This document shows positions 37,945 to 48,488 of a stretch of 64,000 nucleotides of DNA, one piece after another (within the stretch, counting starts at the first letter, position 1; each line of letters begins with the position of its first letter). Origin of the DNA: Candidatus Aenigmatarchaeota archaeon (lineage in GTDB: Archaea; Aenigmatarchaeota; Aenigmatarchaeia; CG10238-14; SpSt-28). Where the stretch lies: assembly GCA_038997165.1 (NCBI GenBank), contig JAWBAK010000001.1, forward strand, positions 1-64,000. Reading direction: 5' to 3'. The notes under the pieces are model-generated. The model did not search any database. It saw nothing but the letters and a program-made list of their open reading frames with translations, and was not told where the DNA came from. Made by a program: the position numbers and the translations under genes.

Positions 37945-40900
37945 ATGATAAGCAGCAAATTATATCCAATTTTTATTATTCTTATAATACTTTTTATTTT
38001 AAATTTATTTCCTAATATATCATTTTCCCAAGAAATAAAAATTTTTCATTTAAAACCTACTTCTATTTTAAATTGTATAAAAGCAGGTACAACTTCTACT
38101 TGTAGTCTAGCTAATATAAATGGAGATGATTCTGTTAATGAAACAATATCTATAACTTCAGCTCCTTCTAAAAATTATGGCTTAATAAATGTTAGTTTTG
38201 AAAAATTAAATAGATATGACATTAATCTAATAAATTTAACTGTTGGAGTTAAAGGTGCAAGATGCCGAGGATTAGCTTGTGATTCAGAAGACACTCATCT
38301 TGGAGATAATGCAAACGATAAATGTTATTTATTAATAAGAAGTAATAGATTATTAAACTCTTTTCCAAATTCTTATACTACCTGTAATTTATGGAATGCA
38401 GGTAGTTTTACTTATGTTGAATTACCGTTTTTATCTAACATTAGCTCTATTTTAGAATTAAATGAAATAAATTTAACGTCAGAATGGTATGGATATGACG
38501 ATGATGATAGGAATGTTTGGTTTGCAATGGATTATTTCTATATAAATTTAACGTATTTTGATTTGCTTTATTCAAATTGGAATTTCTATAACTTTACAGA
38601 TGGAAATGCTTTAAATGAACCTATAGAAATTAAAAGAGGGGATATAATAAAGGCAAGTGCATTATTTGATATTACAGAAGTTAAATATGCAAATGTAACT
38701 TTAGTTACACCAAATAATGAAAAAATAATTCTTAGTTCTATAGATTATCCAAACTTATTTAATATACAAAATATTTCAACTTATAAATATTGGATAAATT
38801 TTACGATTAATACATCTAATACCACTCTTTATAAATTTGCTGGAGCTTATAATATATCTATAACTGCAATTAATAAATTAGATGGCTATAATTCAACTAC
38901 ATTTAAAACTTTTTACTTATATGGTTTTTCAAAAATTTCTAAAATTTATGTTAACGATACTTATTTATATCCGAATCAAACAGCTTTAATAAGTTGTAAA
39001 GTAGAAGATGCAAATTCAAGTATTCCAATAAACAATTATATAGTAAATTTTTATGTAAATGATGATTTTATAGGATCAAATGTTTCAGATATTAATGGAT
39101 TTGCAACTATAAAATATAAATTTGATAATGAAGGAGATTACGCAATAAAATGTAATATAACAGATAATAAAACATTATATTATTACGCTTCAGAAGAAAA
39201 TTCAAAAATTATAAATTTAAAAGTTTTAAATCTAAGTTCTTCTGTATCATTAAAAAATTATTTAAATTTTGGAGAAGAGCAAATAATTTCAATAAATATT
39301 ACTAATGCTAGTGAAATTAAATTAGCGATTGTTAATATTTCTTTTGTAGAAATTAAAGATTATAATTTAGTAGAAACTTTTGAAATAAAAAATTTATCAG
39401 TTAATGAATGCTATGAACCATATCTATGCAATTACCAATTAAAATTTGTTCCAAGAAGAAGTGGAAATTATAACTTAACATTTTTTATTGATGCAGACAG
39501 TCCTTATGGTATTCTCATTAATATTTCTAATTTTTCTGTGAGTTTTGGAAATGCCTTAATTGATATTAAATTTCCAAGTTTTGATAAAATTTTAATAAAT
39601 CAAACATTTTTATTCAAATTTAATGTTTTAGCAATAAATGGGGATGTTTGGCTTGTAAATATAAGTTTAAATTCGACAAATACTAGTGTTATAAATGTTT
39701 TAGAAGAAATTTATAAGCCAAATTTATATTCAATAGCCAACGGTTCTTTAATAGAAATTAGCTATTTAGTTAAAACTGAAAATTTTGGAATTACAACAAT
39801 TAATATTTCTGCAATTCCTTTAAATGGTTCTAGCTATACTATTTCAAAAGATTATGAAGTTGTTGGCTTTAATAATTCAATTTTAAAAAATTATTTAAAT
39901 TTTGGTGAAATGCAAAAATATTTTGTTAATATTACTGGAAATGTTTCCGAAATTAAAAGAGTTTATGCAATAATAGAATTTTTCAATATTTCAAATTGCA
40001 AATTAAATAAAACCTTTTTAGAAATTAATTTTACGATAGAAAAAATATTAGAAAATATTTACATTTATTCTATTTCTTATATTCCACCAAGGAGTGGAAA
40101 TTATTTAACAAAAATTTTTGTAGAAAGTAATAGCGGAATTGCTATAAATGAAAGCAAAGAATATTTTGTTAGTTTTGGAAGTGCTGAAATTTTTGTTATT
40201 AATCCATATTATTTTGTTTTACCAAATCAAACCTTTAATATAATTGTTGAAATTAAAGCAATTAATGGAGATTTATGGAATATAAGCACAAACATATCTA
40301 TTTTAAATCAAATCCCAATTAATTTAACAAATGATGAAACTAATTATCATATAAATTCTATAGAAGCAATTGCTAGCGGAAGTTTTTGTGAAGATAAATG
40401 GAAAGCTTATTCAACATATACTTTAGGAAATGAAATTACAACAATAACCTTTTATGCATATCCACAAAATGGAAGTAGTAATGTTTATTCAGAAAGTTTT
40501 GAAATAATTTTACCATTAAGACCATATATAGAACCAAATATTAGTTTTATTGATGAATATGTAATTTTTAAAGTTCCTATTTTTGGAAATGCTTCTAACT
40601 TTAAAATAAATGCTTCTATTTTTAAACCAAATAACATTATTGAAAATATTTCATTCTTTACAGCTATTCCAAAAAATTATAGCGAATGTAATATAGAAAT
40701 AGAAACTGGAAACATTGCTCCAAAAGGTATTGCAAATGCCAATATTAATAATGAGTTTTCAATATTTGCTATAGATAATAATTCTAATACTTCATGGTTT
40801 AATCTCGATAGCAATGCAATTTCTCAACTAAACATTACATTACCTAAAATAATTACAGTAGATAGAATTGAAATCGAATGGATAGGATCTTCTACACTAG

Positions 40901-43653
40901 CAAATATTTCATATAGAGATACAAATAATAATTTAGTAATATTAGAAGAAAATGTTTTAGTAAATTCCACAAAAAGTTTATTAATTTTTAAAAAAGAATT
41001 GCCATTTAAAACAAATGAAATAATAATCGACATAGCTGGATCAATTGCAATTTTTGAAGTTAGAATAATTGCAATTACGCCAAAAATAGATTATTGTTAT
41101 GAATTTTATTTTAACTTTACAAATTTTACAAGAAGTGGAATTTATAATGTAAGTTTTTTAGCAATTACAGAATTTGAAGATAAAATTTTTTGTGATAATG
41201 TTTCGTTTTTTATAAATTTTGGAATTCCTGAAATTTTAATTTCAAAGGATACTTATCCAATAATGTTATCTGGCCAAACTCAAAATTATAGCATTATACT
41301 TAAAGCATACAAAGGAGATTTGATGAATATAACATTATTTTTTAATTCTGAAAATGAAGAATATATTAATATAACTTCTAATGAAAGTTTTTATAAAACA
41401 ATAGAAGAAGTTTTATGGAATGAGGAAAAAATTATTAATTGGGAAATTTTAGCTAAAATAAAAGGAGAACCAAACATAACAATTTCTACCTCTATAAATT
41501 CTAGCTGTTATTATTGCTATAAAAATAATTCAGCAGAATTTAATATAACTATTTATCCTTTAGATATTAATCCACCAACAATAAAAGATTTTTGGTTTGC
41601 AATAAAGAATAAAAATTCTAGCGTATTTAATTTAAATGATGAAATATTAATAGTTGCAAAAGTTATAGATGATATTTTTGTAAAAAAAGTTATAGCAGAA
41701 ATAACTTATTCAAATGAAACTTCTATAAATGTTTCTATGATACAAAATAATGACTTTTGGATATTTAAATTTTCAAAAGATAAATTAGAAGTTAATCAAA
41801 CTGGAAATTATTTAATAAAATTATATGCATTCGATTTAAATGAAACATATAATTATGATATTTCAGCTGATAAGAACTTTATAGTTTTAAATACTTATTT
41901 TATAGATTATGAACCAAAATATTTACTTTATAATTTTGGAGAAAAAATAACATTTTTTGCAAAAGATATAAATAATTTTATAGTAGAAAACGCAATTTGG
42001 AATGAAACTAACTATAATATTTCAAATGTATCAACTTATTTTGAAATATTATTAACAAAAGATTTATTTAATATAGGTAAAATAGAGTTGAATGTCTCAA
42101 TTTTTAAAAATGGAAATATTGGAAATAAAAATATTAGTTTTAATCTAACAGATTTATTAAATATAGAAATAATTTCTCCACCTTATAATTATATATTCGA
42201 AAAAGGTATTCAAATTACTGGTCCAGGATTATTACCATCTATTAAAGTTCAAAACGCAAGAAAAGATAAATATTTAGAAAATTTATATTCAGAAATATAT
42301 TGCTTAGATTCTGATTTTGTTTTTACAAAATTTGATAATTCTTATTTTTATTTTAATGCATGCGGAGCTTTAGCTAATACTTATAGTTTTAAAGATTGTA
42401 GCTCTCGCTGCTATTCTCCTAACATTTCAAATCAAAAGTTCAATATTTCTTTTTATGTTAAAGACAATTTTGGAAATGAAGGATTTGATTATGTAATTTT
42501 GTCTACAAAATCAGAAATTCTATTACCACAATCTATTGTATCTAGTGGAATTGGAGGTTTTCCTACCGCAACAGCAAACATAAAGCAATGTGAATGTACA
42601 AATTGGCAAGATATTGGTTGTGGAAAAGGAAAATGTTCATTAAATCAGCTTTATCAAATAAGAAGTTGTAAACCAGCTGGTTGTGATATTGAAGAAAGAT
42701 GTATAGAAAGTATTTTATGTACTCCAATAGAAATAGAATTTTTAATAGATGAAAAATTAGATTTAATTCAAGGCGAGACAAAAATGCTAGTAGGAATAAT
42801 CAAAAATATTGGTAAAAAACAAGCTTTTATAAAAATAGAATATAATTCAACATGTTGTGAAATAAATTTAAATGAAAATGAATTTAAATTAGATGTAGGA
42901 GAAATAAAAAGTTTAATTTTTGTTATTCATTCATATCTTAATGAAAGTATAGGAGAATATAAATTAGATATTAATATTTTTGATAAAATAGAGAAAAAGA
43001 AATTAATATCTAAAAGCGTAATAATAAATTTAAATTTAAATCAACTTTTTATTAAAAAAGCTAAATTAATAAATGAATTTGAAAAATTGAAACCAACAAT
43101 TCAGGAATATAAAATATATAACATTTTAAGTGCTGAAATATTGAATTTAATAGATAAAACTTCGAGGATTATTGAAGTTTTAGATAATTATATTAAAAAT
43201 GATGATTTAAAAAATTTTGAAATATCAATAATTGAAATTGAAAAAAATATAGAAAAAATTAAAGACTACTTAGAAAATAAAAAAATTAATTTATTCTTTG
43301 CTAAATATAAAGATGAAATTTTTGTAATAATTATTGTTTCGTTCATCTTATCATATATAATTTCACAAATTATTTTACCATACTTAAAAATTTCTAAAGA
43401 AATAAAAAAGCTAATTATTGAAGAAGAAGTTATCTTAAAACAAAGAAGAGAAATTCAAAAACAATTTTTTATGAGAAAAATTTCTGATGAAATTTTCAAA
43501 AAATTAATAACAGATACTCAAAACAAATTATTAGCAATTAGAGGAAAAATCAAAACACTAAATGAAGAAAAATCAAAATTATTAAAAGAAAGAATTAATC
43601 CGCTTTATATTATTAAAATTATAATAAATGCTGCTAAAAAAATTAAAAAATAA
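37945..43653 (+). CDS. 1902-aa cell-surface protein with Ig-like repeats, C-terminal TM and cytoplasmic coiled coil
   Basis: Signal peptide, very many N-x-S/T sequons, internal repeats, TM near the C-terminus. Confidence 0.8.
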   Translation: MISSKLYPIFIILIILFILNLFPNISFSQEIKIFHLKPTSILNCIKAGTTSTCSLANINGDDSVNETISITSAPSKNYGLINVSFEKLNRYDINLINLTVGVKGARCRGLACDSEDTHLGDNANDKCYLLIRSNRLLNSFPNSYTTCNLWNAGSFTYVELPFLSNISSILELNEINLTSEWYGYDDDDRNVWFAMDYFYINLTYFDLLYSNWNFYNFTDGNALNEPIEIKRGDIIKASALFDITEVKYANVTLVTPNNEKIILSSIDYPNLFNIQNISTYKYWINFTINTSNTTLYKFAGAYNISITAINKLDGYNSTTFKTFYLYGFSKISKIYVNDTYLYPNQTALISCKVEDANSSIPINNYIVNFYVNDDFIGSNVSDINGFATIKYKFDNEGDYAIKCNITDNKTLYYYASEENSKIINLKVLNLSSSVSLKNYLNFGEEQIISINITNASEIKLAIVNISFVEIKDYNLVETFEIKNLSVNECYEPYLCNYQLKFVPRRSGNYNLTFFIDADSPYGILINISNFSVSFGNALIDIKFPSFDKILINQTFLFKFNVLAINGDVWLVNISLNSTNTSVINVLEEIYKPNLYSIANGSLIEISYLVKTENFGITTINISAIPLNGSSYTISKDYEVVGFNNSILKNYLNFGEMQKYFVNITGNVSEIKRVYAIIEFFNISNCKLNKTFLEINFTIEKILENIYIYSISYIPPRSGNYLTKIFVESNSGIAINESKEYFVSFGSAEIFVINPYYFVLPNQTFNIIVEIKAINGDLWNISTNISILNQIPINLTNDETNYHINSIEAIASGSFCEDKWKAYSTYTLGNEITTITFYAYPQNGSSNVYSESFEIILPLRPYIEPNISFIDEYVIFKVPIFGNASNFKINASIFKPNNIIENISFFTAIPKNYSECNIEIETGNIAPKGIANANINNEFSIFAIDNNSNTSWFNLDSNAISQLNITLPKIITVDRIEIEWIGSSTLANISYRDTNNNLVILEENVLVNSTKSLLIFKKELPFKTNEIIIDIAGSIAIFEVRIIAITPKIDYCYEFYFNFTNFTRSGIYNVSFLAITEFEDKIFCDNVSFFINFGIPEILISKDTYPIMLSGQTQNYSIILKAYKGDLMNITLFFNSENEEYINITSNESFYKTIEEVLWNEEKIINWEILAKIKGEPNITISTSINSSCYYCYKNNSAEFNITIYPLDINPPTIKDFWFAIKNKNSSVFNLNDEILIVAKVIDDIFVKKVIAEITYSNETSINVSMIQNNDFWIFKFSKDKLEVNQTGNYLIKLYAFDLNETYNYDISADKNFIVLNTYFIDYEPKYLLYNFGEKITFFAKDINNFIVENAIWNETNYNISNVSTYFEILLTKDLFNIGKIELNVSIFKNGNIGNKNISFNLTDLLNIEIISPPYNYIFEKGIQITGPGLLPSIKVQNARKDKYLENLYSEIYCLDSDFVFTKFDNSYFYFNACGALANTYSFKDCSSRCYSPNISNQKFNISFYVKDNFGNEGFDYVILSTKSEILLPQSIVSSGIGGFPTATANIKQCECTNWQDIGCGKGKCSLNQLYQIRSCKPAGCDIEERCIESILCTPIEIEFLIDEKLDLIQGETKMLVGIIKNIGKKQAFIKIEYNSTCCEINLNENEFKLDVGEIKSLIFVIHSYLNESIGEYKLDINIFDKIEKKKLISKSVIINLNLNQLFIKKAKLINEFEKLKPTIQEYKIYNILSAEILNLIDKTSRIIEVLDNYIKNDDLKNFEISIIEIEKNIEKIKDYLENKKINLFFAKYKDEIFVIIIVSFILSYIISQIILPYLKISKEIKKLIIEEEVILKQRREIQKQFFMRKISDEIFKKLITDTQNKLLAIRGKIKTLNEEKSKLLKERINPLYIIKIIINAAKKIKK

Positions 43654-43655
43654 TT

Positions 43656-44390
43656 ATGGAAAGAGTTTCGAGTGGAATAATTGGTTTAGACGAATTAATA
43701 GAAGGTGGGTTTGTTAAAAATAGTGTAATATTAATTACTGGAAAAACTGGGACCGGAAAAACTCTATTTTGTGGAAGTTTTTTATATGCGGGAGCATTAA
43801 AAGGGGAAAATGGAATATATATTACAACCGAAGAGACTGAAGAAGATATAATTAATGATATTCAATCTACATTTAAAAATTGGAGATTTAGAGAAATAGT
43901 TAATAAAGGTTTAATAAGAATTTATTCTGTAAAACCTATGTTATTATCATATAGCGAAATAGATCCCTCAAAATTGATAAAAATATATATAAACTCTCTA
44001 TTAGAAAAAATTGATATAGCAAAAAGAGAACTAAATGTAAAAAGAGTAGTAATCGATAGTGTAAGTATGATTGAACAATTCTTAAAAGATATTTATTTAG
44101 CTAGAGTCGGATTAAGTTTATTAATAGATAAATTGAAAAGTTATGAAATTACAACAATATTAACTGGAACCATTGAAGAAGGAAGTGAAAAATTAAGTGG
44201 AAGTGGAATTGTTGAATTTTTAGTCGATGCAGTTATAAAATTAGATTTTGTACCAGTAAGTGAGGAATTTCAAAGAACATTAACAATAAGAAAAATGAGA
44301 AGAACAAATCATTCTACATATATTCATCCATTTAAAATTACACCTGAAGGTATAAAAGTATTTAAATTAGAAGAAATAGAAAAAGTTTAA
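43656..44390 (+). CDS. single-domain KaiC-like (RAD55/RecA superfamily) ATPase
   Basis: G..GLDELI.GG, GKTGTGKT, TEE, RVVIDS, KMR.T.H. Confidence 0.92.
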   Translation: MERVSSGIIGLDELIEGGFVKNSVILITGKTGTGKTLFCGSFLYAGALKGENGIYITTEETEEDIINDIQSTFKNWRFREIVNKGLIRIYSVKPMLLSYSEIDPSKLIKIYINSLLEKIDIAKRELNVKRVVIDSVSMIEQFLKDIYLARVGLSLLIDKLKSYEITTILTGTIEEGSEKLSGSGIVEFLVDAVIKLDFVPVSEEFQRTLTIRKMRRTNHSTYIHPFKITPEGIKVFKLEEIEKV

Positions 44391-45055
44391 ATTATTTTCT
44401 TTAATATTATTCCATTATCTGTAATTTCGAAAGGAACTAATTCTAATGAATGCTTAGTTTTTCTCATTTTCGTTATTTGCAATGCTCTTGGTAATGATTG
44501 AGCTAAATAATATAATTTTATTACTCCATCAACTAAAAATTCTTCAAAACCTATTTCATCTTTCTTTGCTTCAGACAACAACAATATTGTTATTTTTTTA
44601 CTTTTTAATTCTTTAATTAAAGAAAAAATGCTTCTTCTTAATTTTCCAATATCTTGATAAGTTTCCCATGCATTTTCCATCAAAGTTATACTATCTATTA
44701 CAATTCTTTGAGGCTGCAATAAATTTACATATCTTATAATTTCAGAAGATATTTTATCAATACTGCTTGGTAAAATATTATGAATTAAAAACTTACCTTC
44801 TTTTTCTTTTTCTAAAATAATTTCTTTCCAACCAAATCTTTCAATATCATCTAATAAATCTTCTCTCGTTTCCTCTAAAGAAAAATAAATTCCCTTTTCT
44901 CCTCTTTTTAATCCTTCTAATAAAAATTGGAATCCAAAAATTGTTTTTCCAGCTCCAGGATATCCAGAAATTAATATACAACTGCCTTTTACAAATCCTC
45001 CTTCTATTAATTCATCTAATTTTTGAATGCCAGATGGAATCCTTTCAATTACCAT
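44387..45055 (-). CDS. single-domain KaiC-like ATPase
   Basis: GYPGAGKT, SLEE, RIVIDS, EEFLVDGVI, KMRKTKH. Confidence 0.92.
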   Translation of the reverse strand: MVIERIPSGIQKLDELIEGGFVKGSCILISGYPGAGKTIFGFQFLLEGLKRGEKGIYFSLEETREDLLDDIERFGWKEIILEKEKEGKFLIHNILPSSIDKISSEIIRYVNLLQPQRIVIDSITLMENAWETYQDIGKLRRSIFSLIKELKSKKITILLLSEAKKDEIGFEEFLVDGVIKLYYLAQSLPRALQITKMRKTKHSLELVPFEITDNGIILKKII

Positions 45056-45300
45056 TCAATAAGATTTAAATTTCTTAAATTTTCTAAAATATTTAAAACA
45101 GCGCCTCTTACAATATCTCTATTTCCATTGATTGAAAATAAATCAACTAAATCCTCTAAATCTGTTTTTCCATCACATTGCATCCAAACTAAAAAAGAAA
45201 TTGCATCAAGCGTAAAAGTTTTATTATTCTTTTTATCTATTAAAATGTATAAATTTCCAACTTGTTGCCATTCCAATTCTCTTACTTTTCTTGGTTTCAT
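45049..45300 (-). CDS. PqqD family / RRE-like protein
   Basis: Three beta strands, then FTLD.IS..VW..CDGK..LEDL...L..L..L.LI. Confidence 0.78.
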   Translation of the reverse strand: MKPRKVRELEWQQVGNLYILIDKKNNKTFTLDAISFLVWMQCDGKTDLEDLVDLFSINGNRDIVRGAVLNILENLRNLNLIEW

Positions 45301-45590
45301 TCCTCTTTCGTTTCTTGAGTTACTTGTTCCTTTTGTAATTCGCTAAAATCATACTTTATTAATACTATATCACCAATAGAACTTATTAAGCTATATGGAA
45401 CAATTAAAGTTTTTTTACCACCTAAAATTGCTTCTAAGAAACTTCCTTTAGCAACTTCAACAGCTAAAGCTCTTACTCTTCCTCTGCTTAAATCTATTTC
45501 TACATCTTTTACTCTTCCAGCATATTGTCCTTTAGTTGTAAAAACGTCTCTATCATATAGCTCTACTATATTTTTTATCGTTATTGCCAT
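45297..45590 (-). CDS. PRC-barrel domain protein (CdpB-like)
   Basis: DVFT.KG.Y.G.V.DV.ID and VPY..I.SIGDIVLI. Confidence 0.88.
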   Translation of the reverse strand: MAITIKNIVELYDRDVFTTKGQYAGRVKDVEIDLSRGRVRALAVEVAKGSFLEAILGGKKTLIVPYSLISSIGDIVLIKYDFSELQKEQVTQETKEE

Positions 45591-45606
45591 AAATAAATAT
45601 TTAAAA

Positions 45607-46734
45607 TTATATTAATTTACTTCCTCTAGGAACATCCCTTTTTACTATAGATTTAGCAATCCAAGAATCGCTTCCAATTTTTACTCCTGGATAAATTGAA
45701 ACATTTATAGCAGTTTTAACATTATAACCTATTATCGCTCCGAATTTTCTTTTACCACTATCAACTCTTTTTTTATTTATTGTAAACTTAATATTTCTCT
45801 CATCAAATCTTAAATTTGCTATTATAGTTCCAGCACCAAGATTAACGTTCTCAGCAATTATAGAATCTGCAACATAATTTAAATGAGGAACTTTGCTATT
45901 ATTCATTAAAATACTCCTTTTTAAAACAGAAAATTCACCAACAACACAATTATTTCCAACTATGCTTTTCTCTATTACTGCATTTTTTATTTCACAATTT
46001 TCTCCAATAACGACTGGTTTTCTTATTATAGCGCTTTTCCAAATTTCTGTTCCTTCTCCTACGCTAAATTTTATTTTTTCTAAAACGTACATATTTACAT
46101 CTAAATAATCCCATGGATAACCAATATCTTTCCAATAACCTCTTAATTCTACAACATTTATTTGTTTTACTTTATTCATCATTAAAATAGAATCTGTTAA
46201 TTCAAACTCTCCTCTTGGACTTTTTTCTGTTTTTTCAGCAAATTCTATAATTGATGGATCAAAATGATAAATTCCTGCATTTATAAAACCTTTTCCTATA
46301 GATGATTTTTCCATTATTTCTACTAATTTTTTGTTCTCAAAAACAACTTTTCCAAACCTTGATACATCTTCAACATAAAATATTCCCATGCTATTTTTAT
46401 TTTTTACAATTTCCTCTAAACTTCCATCATAAAAAATATCGCCGTACATTAAAATAAAATCGTCATCTATAAAATTTCTAGCTGCTAAAAGTGCAGAAGC
46501 TGTTCCCATCATCATTTCATCTTTATAAAACTTTAGTTCTGAATAACGCTTTCTTATTTCATTTTCTAAATAACCAACAACAACTGCAATTTCATCAATT
46601 CCATATTTTTTGAGCAATTCTATTTGATAATCAAGTAAAGGTTTATTGCAAATTGGAAGCAAACATTTTGGTTTATAATCAGTTAGAGGTTCTAATCTCT
46701 CTCCTTTTCCTGCAGCAAGAATAACAGCCTTCAT
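45607..46734 (-). CDS. glmU: bifunctional sugar-1-phosphate nucleotidylyltransferase/acetyltransferase (GlmU-like)
   Basis: ILAAG.G.RL.PLT..KPK, SPRGE.ELTD, hexapeptide repeats, HLNYVADS, NLGAGT..ANLRFD. Confidence 0.88.
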   Translation of the reverse strand: MKAVILAAGKGERLEPLTDYKPKCLLPICNKPLLDYQIELLKKYGIDEIAVVVGYLENEIRKRYSELKFYKDEMMMGTASALLAARNFIDDDFILMYGDIFYDGSLEEIVKNKNSMGIFYVEDVSRFGKVVFENKKLVEIMEKSSIGKGFINAGIYHFDPSIIEFAEKTEKSPRGEFELTDSILMMNKVKQINVVELRGYWKDIGYPWDYLDVNMYVLEKIKFSVGEGTEIWKSAIIRKPVVIGENCEIKNAVIEKSIVGNNCVVGEFSVLKRSILMNNSKVPHLNYVADSIIAENVNLGAGTIIANLRFDERNIKFTINKKRVDSGKRKFGAIIGYNVKTAINVSIYPGVKIGSDSWIAKSIVKRDVPRGSKLI

Positions 46735-46767
46735 ATAATATTAAAAGAGTTAATTTGAAAAAATATT

Positions 46768-48477
46768 ATGAATTTGGAAAAAATTGTTTTAAAGCATTTA
46801 ATATTAAATGCATTAAAATATGGAAAAGCCAATGAAAAAATTGTTATTTCTAAAATTATTGCCGAAAATAAAGAACTAAAAGATAAAATAAATGAAATTA
46901 AAGAAATAATAAATCAAAAAATAGATGAAATTAATAATTTATCGAAAGAAAAGTTAGAAGAGCTTGCAAAAGAATTTGAAATAATATTAGAAAAAAAAGA
47001 AGAAAAAGAATTTGAGTTACCATTTGCTGAAAAAGGAAAAGTAATTACAGCATTTCCACCAGAACCAAGTAAATATTTACATATTGGACACGCAAAAGCA
47101 GCATTTTTAAACTATTATTATGCTAAAAAATATGATGGAAAATTTATTCTAAGATTTGAAGATAGCAATCCAGAAAAAGTAAAAAGAGAATATTATAATG
47201 CAATAAGAGATGATTTAAAATGGTTAGGAATAAAGTGGGATGAAGAAGATGTTTTGAGCTTACATTTAGAAGAATATTATGAAGCTTTAAGACTATTAAT
47301 TTTAAGAGATAAAGCGTATGCATGTTTTTGCTCTAAAGATAAAATTAAAGAATATAGAGCGAAAGGAATAGAATGTGAACATAGAAATTTTTCAATTGAA
47401 AAAAACTTAAAAATTTTTGAAGATATGCTAAGTGGTAAATATAAAGAAAATGAAGTTCATATTAGAGCAAAAATAGATATGAAACATAAGAACTATGTAA
47501 TGAGAGATCCATCTTTAGTTAGAATTTCATTTAAAGAACATCCAATTGTTGGAAACAAATATTTTGTTTGGCCATTATACGATTTTGGAACTGCAATGTT
47601 AGATTATTGGGAAAAAATAACTCATAGATTTAGAAGTAAGGAATTTGAATTAAGAACAGAATTACAAAATTGGATAAGAGAAGCTTTAGGAATAAATAAA
47701 CATCCAATAATAATAGAAATTGCAAGATTTGAAATAAAAGATCAATTGACTTCTGGAAGAAAAATTAGAGAATTAATTCAAAAAGGAATTTTAAGCGATT
47801 ATGATGATATAAGATTAGTAACAATAAGAGCCTTAAAAAAAAGAGGATTTTTACCTAATGCAATTTTGGATTTTGTTAAAAGAACAGGAATTTCAAAATC
47901 AGAAAGTAAAATAGAAATTGAAGTATTGGAAAGTATTAATAGACAACATTTAGATAAATATGCAAATAGATATTTTTTTGTTGACAATCCAAAAAGATTA
48001 AAAGTTATTAATGCTACAACAAAATTTGCTAGAATAAAATTTCATCCGGATTTCGAAGATAGAGGATATAGAGAAATATTAACAAAAGGTGATTTCTTTA
48101 TTTCAGAAAGCGATTTTAAAGATTTGAAAGAAGGAGATGAAGTAAGATTAATAGATTTATATAACATTAAAATAATTCAAAAGAATGAAAATGAAATTAT
48201 TGCAGAAAAAATAGGTGAAGAATTAATAAAAGATATTAAAAAAATTCATTGGATTAGCTTAAACGATGATTTTGTTAAAGTTAAGGTTATTAAAGCAGAA
48301 AAATTAATTGAAAATGGAAAAATTAATGAAAATAGCTTAAGAGAAATTTTTGGATATGGAGAAAGTACAATAAAAAGAATTTTAATTGGAGAAAGAGTTC
48401 AATTTGTTAGATTTGGTTTTGTGAAATTAGAAAGCATTAAAGAAAACTTATATGAATTTATATTTATTCATAAATAA
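46768..48477 (+). CDS. gltX: glutamyl-tRNA synthetase (archaeal, probably non-discriminating)
   Basis: FPPEPS.YLHIGH, LRFED, WP.YDF, QFVRFGF; gatDE in the same window. Confidence 0.95.
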   Translation: MNLEKIVLKHLILNALKYGKANEKIVISKIIAENKELKDKINEIKEIINQKIDEINNLSKEKLEELAKEFEIILEKKEEKEFELPFAEKGKVITAFPPEPSKYLHIGHAKAAFLNYYYAKKYDGKFILRFEDSNPEKVKREYYNAIRDDLKWLGIKWDEEDVLSLHLEEYYEALRLLILRDKAYACFCSKDKIKEYRAKGIECEHRNFSIEKNLKIFEDMLSGKYKENEVHIRAKIDMKHKNYVMRDPSLVRISFKEHPIVGNKYFVWPLYDFGTAMLDYWEKITHRFRSKEFELRTELQNWIREALGINKHPIIIEIARFEIKDQLTSGRKIRELIQKGILSDYDDIRLVTIRALKKRGFLPNAILDFVKRTGISKSESKIEIEVLESINRQHLDKYANRYFFVDNPKRLKVINATTKFARIKFHPDFEDRGYREILTKGDFFISESDFKDLKEGDEVRLIDLYNIKIIQKNENEIIAEKIGEELIKDIKKIHWISLNDDFVKVKVIKAEKLIENGKINENSLREIFGYGESTIKRILIGERVQFVRFGFVKLESIKENLYEFIFIHK

Positions 48478-48488
48478 ATTCAATTTTG

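Noticed and set aside
43656..45055. Circadian clock
   Set aside because: Single-domain KaiC-like ATPases without KaiA or KaiB are common in archaea
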